Below, in pieces: positions 60,696 to 64,000 of a DNA stretch of 64,000 nucleotides (positions within the stretch are counted from its first letter, which is position 1; every line of letters begins with the position of its first letter). The stretch is from assembly GCA_033723415.1 (NCBI GenBank), contig JAWVXD010000001.1, positions 256,001 to 320,000 on the forward strand. The letters are read 5' to 3'. The translations under genes and the position numbers were made by a program. The notes under the pieces were generated by a model, which saw only the letters and a list, made by a program, of their open reading frames with translations, ran no database searches and was not told the DNA's origin. The stretch comes from Sulfurospirillaceae bacterium. GTDB lineage: Bacteria; Campylobacterota; Campylobacteria; Campylobacterales; Sulfurospirillaceae.

Positions 60696-61372
60696 TAGAG
60701 TATAAAACAGCATCAGCAGACAGCGTCATCGTATATTTTGGCAATGCGATATCCAGAGCCAACATAGATATAGTTTTAAATAATTATCTTCACTTGAAGC
60801 ATATGAAAATTGAAGGGATCATAGATATCATCCCTTCATATACTACTATATTGTTTCATTATGATCTGAAGATCTTTGATGAAAGTTCCATCATAGCGCT
60901 TTTGAAACAACATATCTCATTAGATATACAAATTGTAAAAGAAGAGGGTAGATTGGTTGAAGTACCCATTTATTACGATGAAGAAGTTGGATTTGATCTA
61001 GGAAGGATTTCTGAGTTATCAAACCTTAGCGTAGAAGAAATCATAGATATACACTCTAGTACGGAATATCTAGTATACACTATAGGATTTTTACCAGGAT
61101 TTGCGTATCTCGGAGAAGTTGACAAAAGAATTGCAACACCTAGACTAACAAGTCCACGAACAAAAATCCCAAAAGGAAGCCTAGGTATAGCAGATAACCA
61201 AAGTGCCATATATCCTGTTCAAAGTCCTGGTGGATGGAATATTATCGGACGGACCTATCTTGATATGTTTGATAAAAACTTAGATGGATTTTCATATTTA
61301 AATGTTGGAGATCGGGTGAAATTTGTGAGAATAAGCAGAGAAGAGTTTCTGAAAAACGGCGGTGTTATTTGA
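60692..61372 (+). CDS. pxpB: 5-oxoprolinase subunit B
   Basis: GFLPGF.YL, PR..PR, SPGGWNIIGRT. Confidence 0.94.
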   Translation: MIEYKTASADSVIVYFGNAISRANIDIVLNNYLHLKHMKIEGIIDIIPSYTTILFHYDLKIFDESSIIALLKQHISLDIQIVKEEGRLVEVPIYYDEEVGFDLGRISELSNLSVEEIIDIHSSTEYLVYTIGFLPGFAYLGEVDKRIATPRLTSPRTKIPKGSLGIADNQSAIYPVQSPGGWNIIGRTYLDMFDKNLDGFSYLNVGDRVKFVRISREEFLKNGGVI

Positions 61373-62289
61373 GTTCTTTTAAAGTATTGGCAGGTGGACT
61401 TTTATCATTGATAGAAGATTTTGGAAGATTTGGATTGTGTGATAAAGGTATTTCAAATTCCGGTGTTATGGATGAGTATGCATATCAGATTGCAAATAAT
61501 CTACTGCAAAATCCACCAAATACAAACTGTATAGAAATCACTCTTGGCGGCCTTAAGTTGGAATGTGATGATTCTTGTACGATCAGTGTGACCGGAGCCG
61601 ATGCAAAATTTAGTATAAATTCTCAAGAAGTAGGTATCTGGAGAACGCACAATATCAAAAAAGGCGATATCTTAGAGTTCAAATTTGCTAAAGAAGGTGT
61701 TAGAAGCTATCTTTGCGTAAAAGGCGGATTTAACATAGCCAAAGAATTAGGAAGTAATTCTACAACGGTAAAAGAAGGTATCGGCGGCTTAAATGGTACT
61801 GGCTTGCAAAAAGATGACATATTGGAATTTACACAAACGAAAATACAAAGTTACAATACACTTTTCAAACATGACCTTGTACCTGTATATGAGGATAATC
61901 TAACCTTGAGAGTCGTCCTTGGCTATCAGGATTCATACTTTGACGATCAAGAGATTGAAAAGTTCTTCTCTCAAACATATACTATATCACCGGAAAACAA
62001 TCGGATGGGATATAAGCTAAAATCTGAGCCTATAGCATGTCAGATAGATGGGATCATATCGGAAGGTATCAGTTTTGGAGCCATTCAAATTCCAAAAGAC
62101 GGCCAGCCTATCATCTTACTAAAAGATAGGCAAACTATCGGTGGATACCCAAAGATCGGCTCAGTTTTGCCGATTGATTGTTTCAAACTTGCACAGATGA
62201 AAACAGGTTCTACTCTAAGATTTGAGAAGATAGGTATAAAAGATGCTCAGAACAAAATGAAAAAGTTCTATGATAGTTTAAAGTTTTAA
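61369..62289 (+). CDS. pxpC: 5-oxoprolinase subunit C
   Basis: D.GR.G, EITLGG, RMGY.L, GQPIIL..D.QT.GGYP. Confidence 0.94.
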   Translation: MSSFKVLAGGLLSLIEDFGRFGLCDKGISNSGVMDEYAYQIANNLLQNPPNTNCIEITLGGLKLECDDSCTISVTGADAKFSINSQEVGIWRTHNIKKGDILEFKFAKEGVRSYLCVKGGFNIAKELGSNSTTVKEGIGGLNGTGLQKDDILEFTQTKIQSYNTLFKHDLVPVYEDNLTLRVVLGYQDSYFDDQEIEKFFSQTYTISPENNRMGYKLKSEPIACQIDGIISEGISFGAIQIPKDGQPIILLKDRQTIGGYPKIGSVLPIDCFKLAQMKTGSTLRFEKIGIKDAQNKMKKFYDSLKF

Positions 62290-62735
62290 GCTTGTAGTTC
62301 TTCAAATCTTGTTTGTAAATCTTCTCTCATTTTCTCAGCGATAATATCACCGTTTTGTATGAAATCCTTCACAAACGTATCAAGATCGATAAGTATTTGC
62401 GCTAATTCAGACTCTAATTGTTCTTTGGTTCTATTCTTTGCCATAGCTGTTTCAAAAAATACCAGTTTTCTTATAAAATCAGATAATATCTCACCGGCTT
62501 CGTCCAATTTACTCATATCTTTTAATGAAAATATTACTTCATCTTGAGAAGCTTTATTTATATCTGCCCTGATATCTCTGATATAATCTTGTATATGAGC
62601 AGAGAAATCTCCGTATGCCTGACTTGGATTTATCAGTGTTTGCATGTCTATAGTATCAGTTACTTTTTTTATATTTTTTAGCATAATAAATACAATTAAG
62701 ATAGAGATAAAAATAACCGGTATAAGATTATTCAT
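62286..62735 (-). CDS. Hypothetical protein with N-terminal membrane anchor
   Basis: 149-aa ORF with RBS, hydrophobic N-terminus, helical body. Confidence 0.7.
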   Translation of the reverse strand: MNNLIPVIFISILIVFIMLKNIKKVTDTIDMQTLINPSQAYGDFSAHIQDYIRDIRADINKASQDEVIFSLKDMSKLDEAGEILSDFIRKLVFFETAMAKNRTKEQLESELAQILIDLDTFVKDFIQNGDIIAEKMREDLQTRFEELQA

Positions 62736-62777
62736 GATAAACCTTTTTTATATAATTTGATTAATTATAGCAATAAA

Positions 62778-62811
62778 TATAAAAAGTTGTCTTAGAAGAC
62801 AACTTTTTATA
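62778..62811 (-). terminator. Intrinsic terminator after ABC ATPase gene
   Basis: 16-bp perfect IR TATAAAAAGTTGTCTT/AAGACAACTTTTTATA. Confidence 0.7.
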
Positions 62812-62814
62812 AGA

Positions 62815-63561
62815 TTAATGTGAGAGAATTTGACTTAAAAATAGTTTCAATCTATCTGATTGAGGATTCCCAAAAAATTCTTCTGGATTATTTTCTTCTA
62901 TGATCTGTCCTGACTCCATAAAGATAACTCGATCAGCAACTTTTTTTGCAAATCCCATTTCATGAGTTACACAAACCATCGTTTTATCGCCTTTTGCCAA
63001 CTCTATCATAACATCCAACACTTCAGAGATCATTTCCGGATCAAGAGCACTTGTAGGCTCATCAAAAAGCATAATAGATGGATTTTTACAAAGACTTCTA
63101 GCTATAGCAACCCTTTGCTGTTGTCCACCTGAGAGTTGATTTGGATATTTTTTGGCTTGATCGGCTATACCGACTCTCTCCAAAAATTTCATAGCTGTTG
63201 CTATTGCTTCTTTCTTTGGTGTTTTTTTCACCCAGATCGGTGCAAGTGTCAAGTTATCCAATATTGTCAAGTGAGGGAAAAGGTTGAAGCTTTGAAATAC
63301 CATAGCAACATCTTCACGTATTGCTTTGATCTTTTTAACATCATCGCTCAATTCCACATCATTTACAACAATTTGTCCTTCTTGAAATTGTTCAAGATAG
63401 TTGATACATCTAACTAGTGTTGATTTTCCGCTTCCCGAAGGACCTGCTATGACAATAATCTCACCTTTTTTGACATTTAAATTTATATCTTTTAGTACGT
63501 GAAAATCACCATACCATTTGTTTAAATTTCTTATTTCTATGACATCATTTTTATTTTCCAT
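62815..63561 (-). CDS. Polar amino-acid ABC transporter ATP-binding protein
   Basis: [37 protein letters not shown]. Confidence 0.95.
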   Translation of the reverse strand: MENKNDVIEIRNLNKWYGDFHVLKDINLNVKKGEIIVIAGPSGSGKSTLVRCINYLEQFQEGQIVVNDVELSDDVKKIKAIREDVAMVFQSFNLFPHLTILDNLTLAPIWVKKTPKKEAIATAMKFLERVGIADQAKKYPNQLSGGQQQRVAIARSLCKNPSIMLFDEPTSALDPEMISEVLDVMIELAKGDKTMVCVTHEMGFAKKVADRVIFMESGQIIEENNPEEFFGNPQSDRLKLFLSQILSH

Positions 63562-63569
63562 AATTTTCC

Positions 63570-64000
63570 CTAATTATTATTTGTATTAAATCTTTTTTCT
63601 AATGAATTGCTAAATCGTGACATTGCATAACAAAATGCCCAGAATATTATCGTTACAAATACATATCCTTCAGTTTCATGACCGAGCCAATGGGAATCAC
63701 TACTAGTCAACTGAACCATAGCCAATAAATCAAAAAGACCGATAATCATGACCAAAGTGGTATTTTGAAATAGCGATATAAATATACCGACTAAGTTTGG
63801 AATAGCGACCTTTAAAGCTTGAGGCATTATAACCAAAAGCATTTTTTGCCAGTATGACAATCCAACAGCATCTGCTGCTTCATATTGACCTGTCGGTATC
63901 GCTTGTATTCCACCTCGAATTGCTTCTGCGACATATGCTGATTCAAAGATAATCAAACCGACGAGTGCACGAAGTAGTTTGTCAAAAGTCACTCCTTCAG
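63570..64000 (-). CDS. Polar amino-acid ABC transporter permease (AapM-like), 3' part
   Basis: SAYVAE.IRGG.QAIP.GQYEAA; truncated by window edge. Confidence 0.92.
   Translation of the reverse strand, partial: EGVTFDKLLRALVGLIIFESAYVAEAIRGGIQAIPTGQYEAADAVGLSYWQKMLLVIMPQALKVAIPNLVGIFISLFQNTTLVMIIGLFDLLAMVQLTSSDSHWLGHETEGYVFVTIIFWAFCYAMSRFSNSLEKRFNTNNN

Overview
AT-rich chromosomal window from a Campylobacterota (epsilonproteobacterial) bacterium; Sulfurospirillum-like is an inference from gene content and order. The backbone is housekeeping: hypCDEA, an icd-mdh-fumarase-sucCD-oorDABC TCA cluster, the murJ-cysS-msbA-pyrD-dapA-pgsA-rseP-yggS block, fapA-ruvA-ddl-murF and pta-ackA. It also holds a two-component/TRAP/pxpABC 5-oxoproline module and an amino-acid ABC transporter. 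Two accessory regions stand out. (1) 16.7-27.1 kb: stress/detox genes plus a 1176-aa nuclease-NACHT (NLR/Avs-like) candidate defence protein. (2) 47.6-53.7 kb: a minus-strand integron cassette array with six intact attC sites and one decayed one, and no integrase in the window (CALIN). Its cassettes encode an Mrr-like nuclease-STAND ATPase, a two-gene unit with a Cys/His-rich protein resembling phage prohead proteases, an AAG/MPG-like glycosylase, AbiV and a decaying membrane protein. The array also carries two copies of a ~150-bp gene-less cassette whose body consists largely of inverted complements of attC arms, so it could fold into alternative ssDNA structures that hide recombination boxes. 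All calls were made by eye; no database searches were run.
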